Assembly: GCA_040756995.1 (NCBI GenBank)
Contig: JBFLYK010000036.1
Coordinates: 192-64,191 of the forward strand
Direction of reading: 5' to 3'
DNA length: 64,000 bases
From: Actinomycetota bacterium
Lineage (GTDB): Bacteria > Actinomycetota > Acidimicrobiia > IMCC26256 > BP-133
In this document: one piece after another, positions 9,010 to 16,348 of the stretch
Numbering within the stretch: the first letter of the stretch is position 1
How the letters are laid out: the number at the start of each line of letters is the position of its first letter
Translations under genes and position numbers: made by a program
The notes under the pieces: model-generated
Seen by the model: the letters and a program-made list of their open reading frames with translations, nothing else
Told to the model about the DNA's origin: nothing
The model's database searches: none

Positions 9010-9670
9010 GCCCTCGGTCCACCCGCTCTCCCAGCGCGGGCCGGCCACCCCTCGGGGAGCCGGAAAACGAGCTGGGAGAACGGGAACCAGGGCCAGGGGC
9101 ACGATGCAGCTGAATGTGCGCCCAGCAGCTCGGGCGCTATGACGACAAGGAGGTCGTTCGTGGGGTAACCGAGCGAGAAGCTCACGGTGTCCAGCCGGTG
9201 TGAGTCCGGTTCGGGGAGATGCCAGGGTCCCCGGTAGGGAAGCTCCCGGTTTCGGGTGAGAGCCCGGGGTCGAAGCGGGGCGGATCAACTGGCCGGTCCG
9301 CAACATCAAGTGAAGTCTGCAGCGTCGTCAGAATCGCCGTCCGAGAGGACGGGCAAGGGGGAGCCGAGCCCTTATTCAGCGGGTGAAGGCCATGGACGGC
9401 ACCTGGGAGCCTGGAGCGGGTGCTCATGAACCCCCCGGCGTAGGGGACGTGGAACGGTCAGAAGGATGTCGTGGGAACTGGAGAGAGCCTCCTCGGCCCC
9501 GATCCTGCGGGGACGGGAAGCTGGCCTGCCTATAACCGGTGACCCCGGGAAGTGGCAGGCGGCCGAGAGGCAGTCGGAGGGGGCCGTAGTAGTGATCGAC
9601 GGTCGGGACAACACAACCCGGCCGGAGCGAAGGGCCCCTGCTTCGTCGATGCAGGCGAGGGTGGGAGGGA

Positions 9671-11044
9671 GTGTGGCCAGTGCCTGACGGGCTAGATCAG
9701 CCACCGAGGACCAAGGCCCGGGCGGTTCGCCGGGGCGAGGGAGTCGATCCGCTTCGTGCCTTCCAACGCGTGCTTTACCGCTGTGCCAAGCAGGATCCGC
9801 AACGCCGGTTCCACGCCCTCTACGACAAACTCACCCGCAGTGACGTGATGTGGCGGGCGTGGATCGACGTGTGTGCCAACCAGGGCGCCCCCGGGGTCGA
9901 CGGCGTCAGTATCGACGCCGTCGCCGCCGACGGGGTGTCCGGGGTGCGAGCCTTTCTCGACGACCTGGCCGTGGAGTTGCGGGCCGGGACGTACCGGTGC
10001 GCTCCGCTACGGCGGGTGCATATCCCCAAACCGGGTCAGCCTGGGAAGACCAGGCCGTTGGGAATCCCCACCGTCCGGGACCGGGTGGTCATGGCGGCGG
10101 CCAAGTTGGTTCTCGAACCGATCTTCGAGGCCGACTTCCGTCCCGTCAGCTTCGGGTTCCGTCCGAAGCGTTCGGCTCATGATGCCCTCGAGGTGATCAG
10201 GGTCGAGGCCAACCGGGGCCGTGACTGGGTCCTGGACGCCGACGTGTCGGACTGCTTCGGGTCCATCGACCACGACGCGCTGCGAGCCCAGCTTGCTCGA
10301 CGGGTGTCGGACCGGAAGATGCTCAAGCTGCTCGACGGGTGGCTCCGGGTCGGGGTGGCCGAGAACGGGGTGGTCAACGACACCCTGTCGGGGACCCCTC
10401 AGGGCTCGCCGATCTCCCCGCTGCTGGCCAACGTGGCCCTCCACCTCCTCGACGAGGAATGGGAGCGACACTGGCGGCGGCTGGGGGTGCTGGTGAGGTA
10501 TGCCGACGACCTGGTCGTCTTGTGCGCCACCCGGGAACGGGCCGAAGCGGCCCTGGAACGGGTGGGAGAGATCCTGGGCCGGCTCGGGCTGCGGCTGCAT
10601 CCCGACAAGACCCGGATCGCCCACCTGGCCGGAGGCGCAGAGGGCTTCGACTTCTTGGGGTTCCACCATCACAAGGTGGAGTCCTGGAACCACCGAGGCC
10701 GGTATTACATGCAACGATGGCCGTCGGATCGGGCCCTGGCCTCGATCCGGACGAGGATCCGTGCCCGCACGGACCGTCGCCGCGTGGGCTGGGCGGTCGA
10801 AGATGTGGTGGCCGACCTCAACCCCGTTCTGCGGGGATGGGGAAACTACTTCCGCTGGGGCAACTCAGCGAAGAAGTTCGCCACCATCGACCGCTACGTC
10901 CACCAACGACTCGCCATCTTCGCCAGCACCAAGCACGGACTCCGAACCCGGAACTGGACCGACCGGTTCAACCACGCCTGGTTCAGCACCCTCGGCGTCC
11001 ACAGCTTGAGCGGAACGGTGCGCTACCGGACTGCGCATGCCTGA
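9671..11044 (+). CDS. Group II intron reverse transcriptase/maturase (no D/En domain)
   Basis: GAPGVDGVSIDAV, RPLGIPTVRDRVVM, GTPQGSPISPLLANVAL, YADDLVV and RGWGNYFR (X domain). The protein ends shortly after X. The start codon is uncertain (GTG 9671). Confidence 0.9.
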   Translation: MWPVPDGLDQPPRTKARAVRRGEGVDPLRAFQRVLYRCAKQDPQRRFHALYDKLTRSDVMWRAWIDVCANQGAPGVDGVSIDAVAADGVSGVRAFLDDLAVELRAGTYRCAPLRRVHIPKPGQPGKTRPLGIPTVRDRVVMAAAKLVLEPIFEADFRPVSFGFRPKRSAHDALEVIRVEANRGRDWVLDADVSDCFGSIDHDALRAQLARRVSDRKMLKLLDGWLRVGVAENGVVNDTLSGTPQGSPISPLLANVALHLLDEEWERHWRRLGVLVRYADDLVVLCATRERAEAALERVGEILGRLGLRLHPDKTRIAHLAGGAEGFDFLGFHHHKVESWNHRGRYYMQRWPSDRALASIRTRIRARTDRRRVGWAVEDVVADLNPVLRGWGNYFRWGNSAKKFATIDRYVHQRLAIFASTKHGLRTRNWTDRFNHAWFSTLGVHSLSGTVRYRTAHA

Positions 11045-11061
11045 CGGTGAACGACGTCGGA

Positions 11062-11094
11062 GAGCCGTGTGAGGGAGAACTTCATGCACGGTTC
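11062..11094 (+). ncRNA. Group II intron 2 domain V
   Basis: GAGCCGTGTGAGGGAGAACTTCATGCACGGTTC, a consensus-like domain V lying 18 nt after the RT stop. Confidence 0.85.
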
Positions 11095-11220
11095 GAAAGG
11101 GGGGCGCTGGGCAACGGCCGCCATTGCACCTTGCGTGCGGCAGCGACCGCCAACCAGCGCCCTACCTCACCACGCACCGGCCCCACCGGCTTCACGGCCA
11201 CTCACTTTTTCAGGTCGAAG

Positions 11221-11333
11221 TAGATAGGGCCGGACCGTCTTGCGGTCCCGGCCGACGTGGCGGGCGACGGCCGAGATCTTCCACCCTGCTGAAACAACTC
11301 ATCGACCTCCACGTCCTCTCGTCGTGTGAGCAT
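11221..11333 (-). pseudogene. IS21-type istA-like remnant, N-terminal HTH piece (frameshifted, split by the IS5-like element)
   Basis: MLTRREDVEVDELFQQG then, in the +1 frame, WKISAVARHVGRDRKTVRPYL. This is the typical N-terminal HTH of actinobacterial IS21-type transposases. Confidence 0.6.
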
Positions 11334-11712
11334 GGGGCCGGGGCTCCTTCCTCGGCTGGCTGCTTGGTCGCCGTCAGCCTGAAGGGAGCCCCCACGCCAT
11401 TGGTGGAGACGCGACACGTGCCACCCACCCGCGGGCCGGAAGGGGGGATTTCAGTGATCGAGTGGGGAAGTTCCGGTGATCGTCGTCGATGGTACGGGTT
11501 CGAGAACAACTGATAACCGCGACCCCGTTGTTGAGCCTGCTCCGCCTGCGCCGTAGCCGCATTGCAGTCGAGGAGGGCGTTGAACGTCTGCTCCCTCAAG
11601 CCATGTTTAGAACTCGCCGTCAAGACCCCAAATTCTTTCCGCGTAATTGGCGCCAGCCGGTGTCACCCCCTCCATCGACATCGCCGGTTCGCTGTGCCGG
11701 ACCCTTGTGCAC

Positions 11713-11730
11713 TTACTAACGGTAAAGTAA
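11713..11730. promoter_or_regulatory. Putative operator TTACT-N8-AGTAA (site a)
   Basis: TTACTAACGGTAAAGTAA sits in a locally AT-richer stretch 36 nt upstream of the 11766 start. The same half-sites and spacing occur at 16285 and 25509. Confidence 0.5.
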
Positions 11731-11765
11731 GCTAAGCTCGGACAGCAGCCTAGGAGGGTACGAGG

Positions 11766-12551
11766 ATGCCGATGCCGGTGCGGCTCAGGGACGACATTTC
11801 AGAAGACGTGAAGATCACGGCCGAGGAGATTCACGCTGGGCGCGACGTCGAAGCCCACGAACTTCGGCACACCCCGACGGAATACCAGGAGCTCGTCCTG
11901 AACATCCTGGGCGGGCACGCCGCCGGTGAGGCGTTTGTCCTGGCCGACGACGTGTACGCCCACTGGGCGGCCGACGCCCCGACGACTGAGGACCGGTTCA
12001 TGGTCCTGCGGACGATCGAGGAGGAGCTCATGCATGCCCGGGAAGCGTTCCGCCTGCTCCGCCAGATCGAGGACCTGGTCGTCTACGACGATCTGGTCCC
12101 CTACGCCAAGGCGACGCTGGAGGGGTTCCAGCACGCGGTGGAGGACTGGGCTGAGCATGCCGCCCTCTGTGCGCTGACCGACCGCGTGGGATGTTTCCAG
12201 CAGGAAGAGCAGCTCGACTGTTCCTACCTGCCCTATGCGGAGTCGATTCGCACGGCCTATTTTCCCTACGAGAAGGGGCACGCTGCCCGCGGCCGGTTGT
12301 GGCTCCGGCGGCTGTGTGAGACGGAGGAAGGTCGGGCGAAGGCGCAGCGGGCGGTCGACGTGTGGTGGCCCCGCGCACTCGACATGTTCGGGATGTCGAA
12401 CACGCCCCGCCAGCACCGATACATCTATTACCGGCTGAAGAAGCGGACCAACGAGGAGCGCCGTCAGGCTTATATCTCCGTCGTCGGGCCCGAGCTGGAA
12501 AAACTCGGTCTCGTGGTACCCGACCCGATGGTCGGACGTCAGATCGCCTGA
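11766..12551 (+). CDS. Ferritin-like di-iron oxygenase subunit, PaaA/PaaC family (paralogue 1)
   Basis: Length and overall similarity match phenylacetyl-CoA oxygenase PaaA/PaaC-type proteins. Two ExxH motifs are retained (IEEELMHA, PYEKGHAA). SD-like TAGGAGGG lies upstream. Confidence 0.8.
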   Translation: MPMPVRLRDDISEDVKITAEEIHAGRDVEAHELRHTPTEYQELVLNILGGHAAGEAFVLADDVYAHWAADAPTTEDRFMVLRTIEEELMHAREAFRLLRQIEDLVVYDDLVPYAKATLEGFQHAVEDWAEHAALCALTDRVGCFQQEEQLDCSYLPYAESIRTAYFPYEKGHAARGRLWLRRLCETEEGRAKAQRAVDVWWPRALDMFGMSNTPRQHRYIYYRLKKRTNEERRQAYISVVGPELEKLGLVVPDPMVGRQIA

Positions 12552-12555
12552 CGCA

Positions 12556-13290
12556 GTGCTGACGGACTCGGGCAGGGCCCAGCCAGTGATCGTGACCCGC
12601 TCAGCGGCGGGGATGGCTGACTGGGCGTGCTATATCGACGAGCCGCACTACCAGGATCCCGAGGTCGCGGTGGCCGACGGGTATTCCGATATTCCGCTGC
12701 CACCGGGCGCGCTCACGCTCCTTGCAGTCGATACTGCGGCGCTTGAGCGGTTGGACCCCGGCCGTCCGCTCCGACGCTCCTGGAGGGCGGTTCGGCCGGT
12801 GGTGATCGGCGAGGAGCTACACCTGACCGTTTCGGTGGGTGACGGCTCGGTGACCGGCCGGTTCCGTACCGCCGGGGGCGACGAGATCGTCGAAGAGCAG
12901 TTCGGCTACGCCGACGAGTTGGCCGCCACCCGCGGCACGCCGGTGTTCCGCACCGGCGTCATCGACCTAACCCGCCGCCGGGCACTGGCCTGGAGCGCCT
13001 CGCAGTTCCGGCCCGGCGGCGCCTGGAGCTGGGGCAACGCCCCGATGGTTGCGGACGACCTCTGCTGGCGGTTGATCGCGCCGGGATTGTTGGTGGCCCG
13101 CGCCGCGCTGTCCGGGCCGGGCGCCGCCCGACGGATCTCCGGGATCCACGTGGTGGCCGCCGCCGGACCCCCGGTCACCGCGCAACCGCTGGTGGTTGAG
13201 ACCCAGGGAGCGCCGGCGGAACGGACTTGGGTCGTCCTAGCGGGAGACGAGCCTGTGGCTCGTGTGACCGTCGAGTTGACCGGGCAGTAG
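12556..13290 (+). CDS. Hypothetical protein, possibly a double hotdog fold (MaoC/FAS1-dehydratase-like)
   Basis: Good GC3 coding signal and only 4 nt after the previous stop. Two ~110-aa halves each end in beta-rich segments (LHLTVSVGDGSVTGRF; TWVVLAGDEPVARVTVEL). The fold assignment is tentative. Confidence 0.55.
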   Translation: MLTDSGRAQPVIVTRSAAGMADWACYIDEPHYQDPEVAVADGYSDIPLPPGALTLLAVDTAALERLDPGRPLRRSWRAVRPVVIGEELHLTVSVGDGSVTGRFRTAGGDEIVEEQFGYADELAATRGTPVFRTGVIDLTRRRALAWSASQFRPGGAWSWGNAPMVADDLCWRLIAPGLLVARAALSGPGAARRISGIHVVAAAGPPVTAQPLVVETQGAPAERTWVVLAGDEPVARVTVELTGQ

Positions 13291-13317
13291 TGCGTCTTTC
13301 GGAGAAGGGGGCCTGAC

Positions 13318-14460
13318 ATGGAAGCAGTGGTAGTGGCCGGCGTAGGCGTGACCGAGTTCGGGCGGTTCCCGGGCCGCTCCCCGGCCTCGCTAGCCCAAGA
13401 GGCGGCGCGCGCTGCGCTCCGCGACGCGGGTATTACCCCGCGCGATGTCGGCGCCGCCTTCTGCGGTTCGGTGTTCTCTGGGCCCGGCGCCGGTCAGCGG
13501 GTGCTCAAGGACCTGGGTCTCGTCGGTCTGCCGGTCGTCAACTTGGAAAACGCCTGCGCCAGTTCGAGCACCGCCGTGTTCGAGGGACTGGCGTGGCTCG
13601 GCGCCGGCTTGGCCGAGGTCGTTCTGTGCGTCGGTGTGGAGTCGCTCACCGCCAATCCGGACCGGTTGGGCCCGGACGACGGCGACATCATCGGGACGAT
13701 GGGAGTGGTCTGGCCGGCCGTCTACGGGTTGAAAGCCCGACGGCACATGGCCGAGTACGGGTCGACACCTGAGCAGTTCGCCGAGGTGGCCGTGAAGAAC
13801 CGTCGCCACGCCGCTCTCAATCCCAAGGCGCAGTTCAAGAAGCTCATCACCGCCGAAGAGGTCCTGGCCAGCCGCCCGATCTGCGAACCCCTCACCCTGC
13901 TTCAGTGCTGCCCCCCGTCCGATGGCGCGTCGGCCGTGGTGCTGATGACCGAAGAACGGGCCCGGAGTCTCGATTCGAACGGCCGCCCGGTGGTACGGAT
14001 CGCCGGGAGCGCCATCCGGTCGGGCGTCTTCGCCGACCAGTCCGAGACGGGCGAGGTGGTCACCACGTTGACCTCCCGCCTGGCTTACGAGCGGGCCGGT
14101 GTCGGTCCCGACGACGTCGACGTGTGCGAGGTGCACGACGCCTTCACTGTCGGAGAAGTACTCCACTACGAGGCCTTGGGTTTCTGTGAGCCGGGTGGAG
14201 GCGGGCGCTACGTCGAGACCGGCAAGGCGACACTGGGCGGAGGCGGCGTCGTCGTGAATCCGGGTGGCGGGCTCCTTTCTCGAGGGCACCCGCTCGGCGC
14301 GACGGGTGGTGCCCAGCTCGTCGAGATCGCGACCCAATTGCGCGGCGAGGCGGGACGTCGGCAGGTGGACGGGGCCCGGGTTGGGCTGACCCACACGATG
14401 GGGGGGACAGTCTACGAACTCGAGTCCAATGTCTGCGTCGTCCACGTCCTGACCGCCTGA
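13318..14460 (+). CDS. SCPx / non-specific lipid-transfer-type thiolase
   Basis: VVVAGVGVTEFGR N-terminus, nucleophile Cys in NLENACASSSTAV, and GHPLGATGGAQ near the C-terminus. Followed by a DUF35 partner, as in thiolase/DUF35 pairs. Confidence 0.88.
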   Translation: MEAVVVAGVGVTEFGRFPGRSPASLAQEAARAALRDAGITPRDVGAAFCGSVFSGPGAGQRVLKDLGLVGLPVVNLENACASSSTAVFEGLAWLGAGLAEVVLCVGVESLTANPDRLGPDDGDIIGTMGVVWPAVYGLKARRHMAEYGSTPEQFAEVAVKNRRHAALNPKAQFKKLITAEEVLASRPICEPLTLLQCCPPSDGASAVVLMTEERARSLDSNGRPVVRIAGSAIRSGVFADQSETGEVVTTLTSRLAYERAGVGPDDVDVCEVHDAFTVGEVLHYEALGFCEPGGGGRYVETGKATLGGGGVVVNPGGGLLSRGHPLGATGGAQLVEIATQLRGEAGRRQVDGARVGLTHTMGGTVYELESNVCVVHVLTA

Positions 14461-14474
14461 ACCGAGGAGGAATC

Positions 14475-14888
14475 GTGCCTACCATGGCCGTGCCGGCTGA
14501 CGTGTTCGATCCCGACGCCGCAGTCCTGTTGGGATCCCGCTGCGGGGCCTGCGGCTCCGTTCATTTCCCTCCCCTCGCTGGGTGCCCGGAATGTTTCGCC
14601 CCGGAGGCCGAGCGGGTTCCACTGTCCCGTACCGGCCATGTCCGGTCGTACACGGCGGTCAATTTGGGCTTTCCGGGCTATCCGGAGCGGTATCTCCTCG
14701 CCGAGGTCGTCCTGCCCGAAGGCGTGGTGGTCGTTGGCCAGTTGGCGGGCTTGGACGACGAGCCGTCCGTCGCCATCGGGCTTCCGGTGCAAGTCGAGTC
14801 AGGGCCCATCCGTGTCGACGCGCACAACGAGCCCGTCCATGGTTACCGGTTCGTCCCCGCCGCGCCGGAGGTTCGCCTTGAAGATTGA
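14475..14888 (+). CDS. DUF35 Zn-ribbon/OB-fold protein (thiolase partner)
   Basis: CGACGSVHFPPLAGCPEC four-Cys ribbon followed by an OB-fold-like C-terminus (RSYTAVN...LAEVVLPEGVVVVGQL). Confidence 0.85.
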   Translation: MPTMAVPADVFDPDAAVLLGSRCGACGSVHFPPLAGCPECFAPEAERVPLSRTGHVRSYTAVNLGFPGYPERYLLAEVVLPEGVVVVGQLAGLDDEPSVAIGLPVQVESGPIRVDAHNEPVHGYRFVPAAPEVRLED

Positions 14889-15324
14889 CGGCGTGAAGGG
14901 CCATGTGTTTCCGGTGCGGGAGGTGCGGCCGGAGGAGGTGCTCTCTGTCGCCCATTTCGCCCGGGTGATCGGTTCGCCCGACCGGCGGTTCTACTCCACC
15001 GAGGAGGCTCAGGCCGCGGGGTACTCGGGACGGCCGTTGCCTCCTGGGGTACCGCTGTTCTTCAATGCCATCACCGAAGCAGAGCTGCTCGAGACCCTCC
15101 GCCTCGTCTACGGCCGCACCTTGGCCGCCGGTATCGAGGTCGAGTATGGCGCCGTGGTCTCTGAACGGGAGCCGTTGTCGGGTCGGGTGCGAGTGGCGGA
15201 CGCCTACGAGCGTCAGGGAAAAGACGGCGTGAGCCGGCAGTTCCTCGTGCTCGAGGCCGAGTACACCACGCGGTCCGGCGACTTGGTCAACCGCACCCGC
15301 GTTACCTTCATCGAAAGGGCTTGA
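14878..15324 (+). CDS. MaoC_dehydrat_N-type hotdog protein (hydratase subunit 1)
   Basis: FARVIGSPDRRFYSTEEAQAAGYSGRPLPPGVPLFF matches the N-terminal MaoC/FAS1-like dehydratase pattern. The start is uncertain (TTG 14878, GTG 14893 or 14905). The ORF-track start at 14638 lies inside the DUF35 gene. Confidence 0.75.
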   Translation: MKIDGVKGHVFPVREVRPEEVLSVAHFARVIGSPDRRFYSTEEAQAAGYSGRPLPPGVPLFFNAITEAELLETLRLVYGRTLAAGIEVEYGAVVSEREPLSGRVRVADAYERQGKDGVSRQFLVLEAEYTTRSGDLVNRTRVTFIERA

Positions 15325-15755
15325 GCATGTCTGCGGCAGCCAGGAAGATCGAAGCCGGTACCCAGCTCCCGGAACGGGAGGTGGGCCCGTTCACCCGCTT
15401 GGACTTCGTCCGGTTCTCCGTGGCGACCGACGACCCCAACCGGGTCCACATCGAAGAAGCGGTGGCCGCCGAAGCGGGCCTTCCCGGAGTCATCGGGTCG
15501 GGGGGCATCGTGGGCGGCCTGCTCACCGACATCGTCTCGTCGTGGGCAGGACTCGAGTCGCTGCGGTCGGCCAGCCTGCGGGTGTTGGCCCCTCTTTTCC
15601 CCGGCGCGGTTCTCCGGGCCGGTGGAGAGGTCGTGGGCCTCGCCGATGATGGCAGCGGGCTCGTCGAGGTCCTCGCTCAGGTTCACGACGCGTTGGGCAC
15701 GCGGGTCGGGGAAGGCACGTTTCGGGTCCAGCTGGAATCGGAGGACCGGCAATGA
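15321..15755 (+). CDS. MaoC-like (R)-specific enoyl-CoA hydratase (hydratase subunit 2)
   Basis: FVRFSVATDDPNRVHIEEAVAAEAGLPGVIGSGG is the classical MaoC dehydratase motif (D-x-N-x-x-H). It overlaps the previous stop by 4 nt. Confidence 0.85.
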   Translation: MSMSAAARKIEAGTQLPEREVGPFTRLDFVRFSVATDDPNRVHIEEAVAAEAGLPGVIGSGGIVGGLLTDIVSSWAGLESLRSASLRVLAPLFPGAVLRAGGEVVGLADDGSGLVEVLAQVHDALGTRVGEGTFRVQLESEDRQ

Positions 15756-15907
15756 CCGAGGAGGAAAGGCTCGAGACGCTGCATCAGATGCTGGCCGCCG
15801 GCCGGCGCTTGGCCGCCGAGGACGATCCCGTGCTTGACGACTCCATGCCCCGGGTAGTGGCGATTCTCCATGACGTCCTACGTCTCATGGATCTCGATTA
15901 CCTCTGA
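15752..15907 (+). CDS. Small hypothetical protein (51 aa, predicted helical)
   Basis: ATG 15752 overlaps the MaoC stop (ATGA). Translation is MTEEERLETLHQMLAAGRRLAAEDDPVLDDSMPRVVAILHDVLRLMDLDYL. GC3-rich codons. Below the ORF-track length cutoff. Confidence 0.4.
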   Translation: MTEEERLETLHQMLAAGRRLAAEDDPVLDDSMPRVVAILHDVLRLMDLDYL

Positions 15908-15926
15908 AATTCGTCGGCGCAACACG

Positions 15927-16253
15927 ATGAACGGCGAGGCGTCCCGAGGTCGCCTGCCGGTCTGCGCGCTCGAGGCGCTGCCCAACGGGCACAGTCTCGT
16001 GGTGTCCGGGCCCGCAGGCGCGCCGGTTGTAGTGGTCAACGACGCCGGCGAATTCTTGGCGGTCGACGACACCTGCCCGCATGCCGGCGGTTCGCTTCAG
16101 GAAGGTCACGTCGACGACGGTCTCATTGTATGTCCCCTCCACTCGTACTCATTCGATCTCCGCACGGGAGAGTGCCTGGACGACCCGGCGCTGGCGGTGG
16201 ATCGGTACCGCGTGGTCGTCGAAGACGGGTTCCTGTGGCTCGAGCAGGCCTGA
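15927..16253 (+). CDS. Rieske [2Fe-2S] ferredoxin (small, stand-alone)
   Basis: CPHAGGSL...CPLHSYSFDLRTGE (CxH...CxxH) in a ~108-aa protein. ATG 15927 is preferred over the upstream in-frame start at 15870. Confidence 0.85.
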   Translation: MNGEASRGRLPVCALEALPNGHSLVVSGPAGAPVVVVNDAGEFLAVDDTCPHAGGSLQEGHVDDGLIVCPLHSYSFDLRTGECLDDPALAVDRYRVVVEDGFLWLEQA

Positions 16254-16284
16254 TCAGGGTTGACACACCCGCATCGTGTGCCGT

Positions 16285-16302
16285 TTACTTGCTGTACAGT
16301 AA
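16285..16302. promoter_or_regulatory. Putative operator TTACT-N8-AGTAA (site b)
   Basis: TTACTTGCTGTACAGTAA is embedded in a near-perfect 20-bp palindrome TACTTGCTGTACAGTAAGTA, 47 nt upstream of the SBP start. Confidence 0.5.
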
Positions 16303-16348
16303 GTACGGGAGTTGGGTCGCATAGTCGTCGTCTGAAGGGGGGAACACA

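Larger units (their letters stand above)
9116..11170 (+). mobile_element. Group II intron 2 (about 2.05 kb, En-less intron-encoded protein)
   Basis: 5' end GTGCGCCCAGCAGCTCGGGCGCTATGACGACAAGG at 9116. Domain V lies at 11062-11094. Domain VI has a bulged A, and the 3' end is CTACCTCAC at 11162-11170. It is inserted 50 bp inside the right end of the IS5-like element. Confidence 0.85.
7391..11220 (+). mobile_element. IS5-superfamily insertion sequence carrying group II intron 2; flanked by a 3-bp TAG direct repeat
   Basis: Imperfect terminal inverted repeats: TTACTTCGAACTGAAATAGT (7391-7410) and ACTTTTTCAGGTCGAAG (11204-11220). TAG at 7388-7390 and 11221-23 looks like a target duplication. Excision restores an open frame in the disrupted istA-like gene. 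The element is about 1.78 kb without the intron. Confidence 0.75.

Noticed and set aside
7414-9309. 631-aa minus-strand ORF opposite the IS5-like transposase. Similar long antisense or out-of-frame ORFs occur at 16514-18040, 21197-22234, 28063-28914, 29762-30931, 38639-40207, 46257-47561, 50000-51796, 54040-55296 and 61007-62023.
   Set aside because: These translations are Arg/Pro/Gly/Ala-rich and low in complexity, with no recognisable motifs. They lie opposite or out of frame to ORFs with clear family signatures. Such shadow ORFs are typical of very GC-rich DNA.
3089-11044. The two reverse transcriptases as retron, DGR or defence-associated RTs.
   Set aside because: Both are embedded in complete group II intron RNA contexts (GTGCG 5' ends, consensus domain V, domain VI with a bulged A) and carry a maturase X domain. 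I saw no template/variable repeat pair or msr/msd-like structure.
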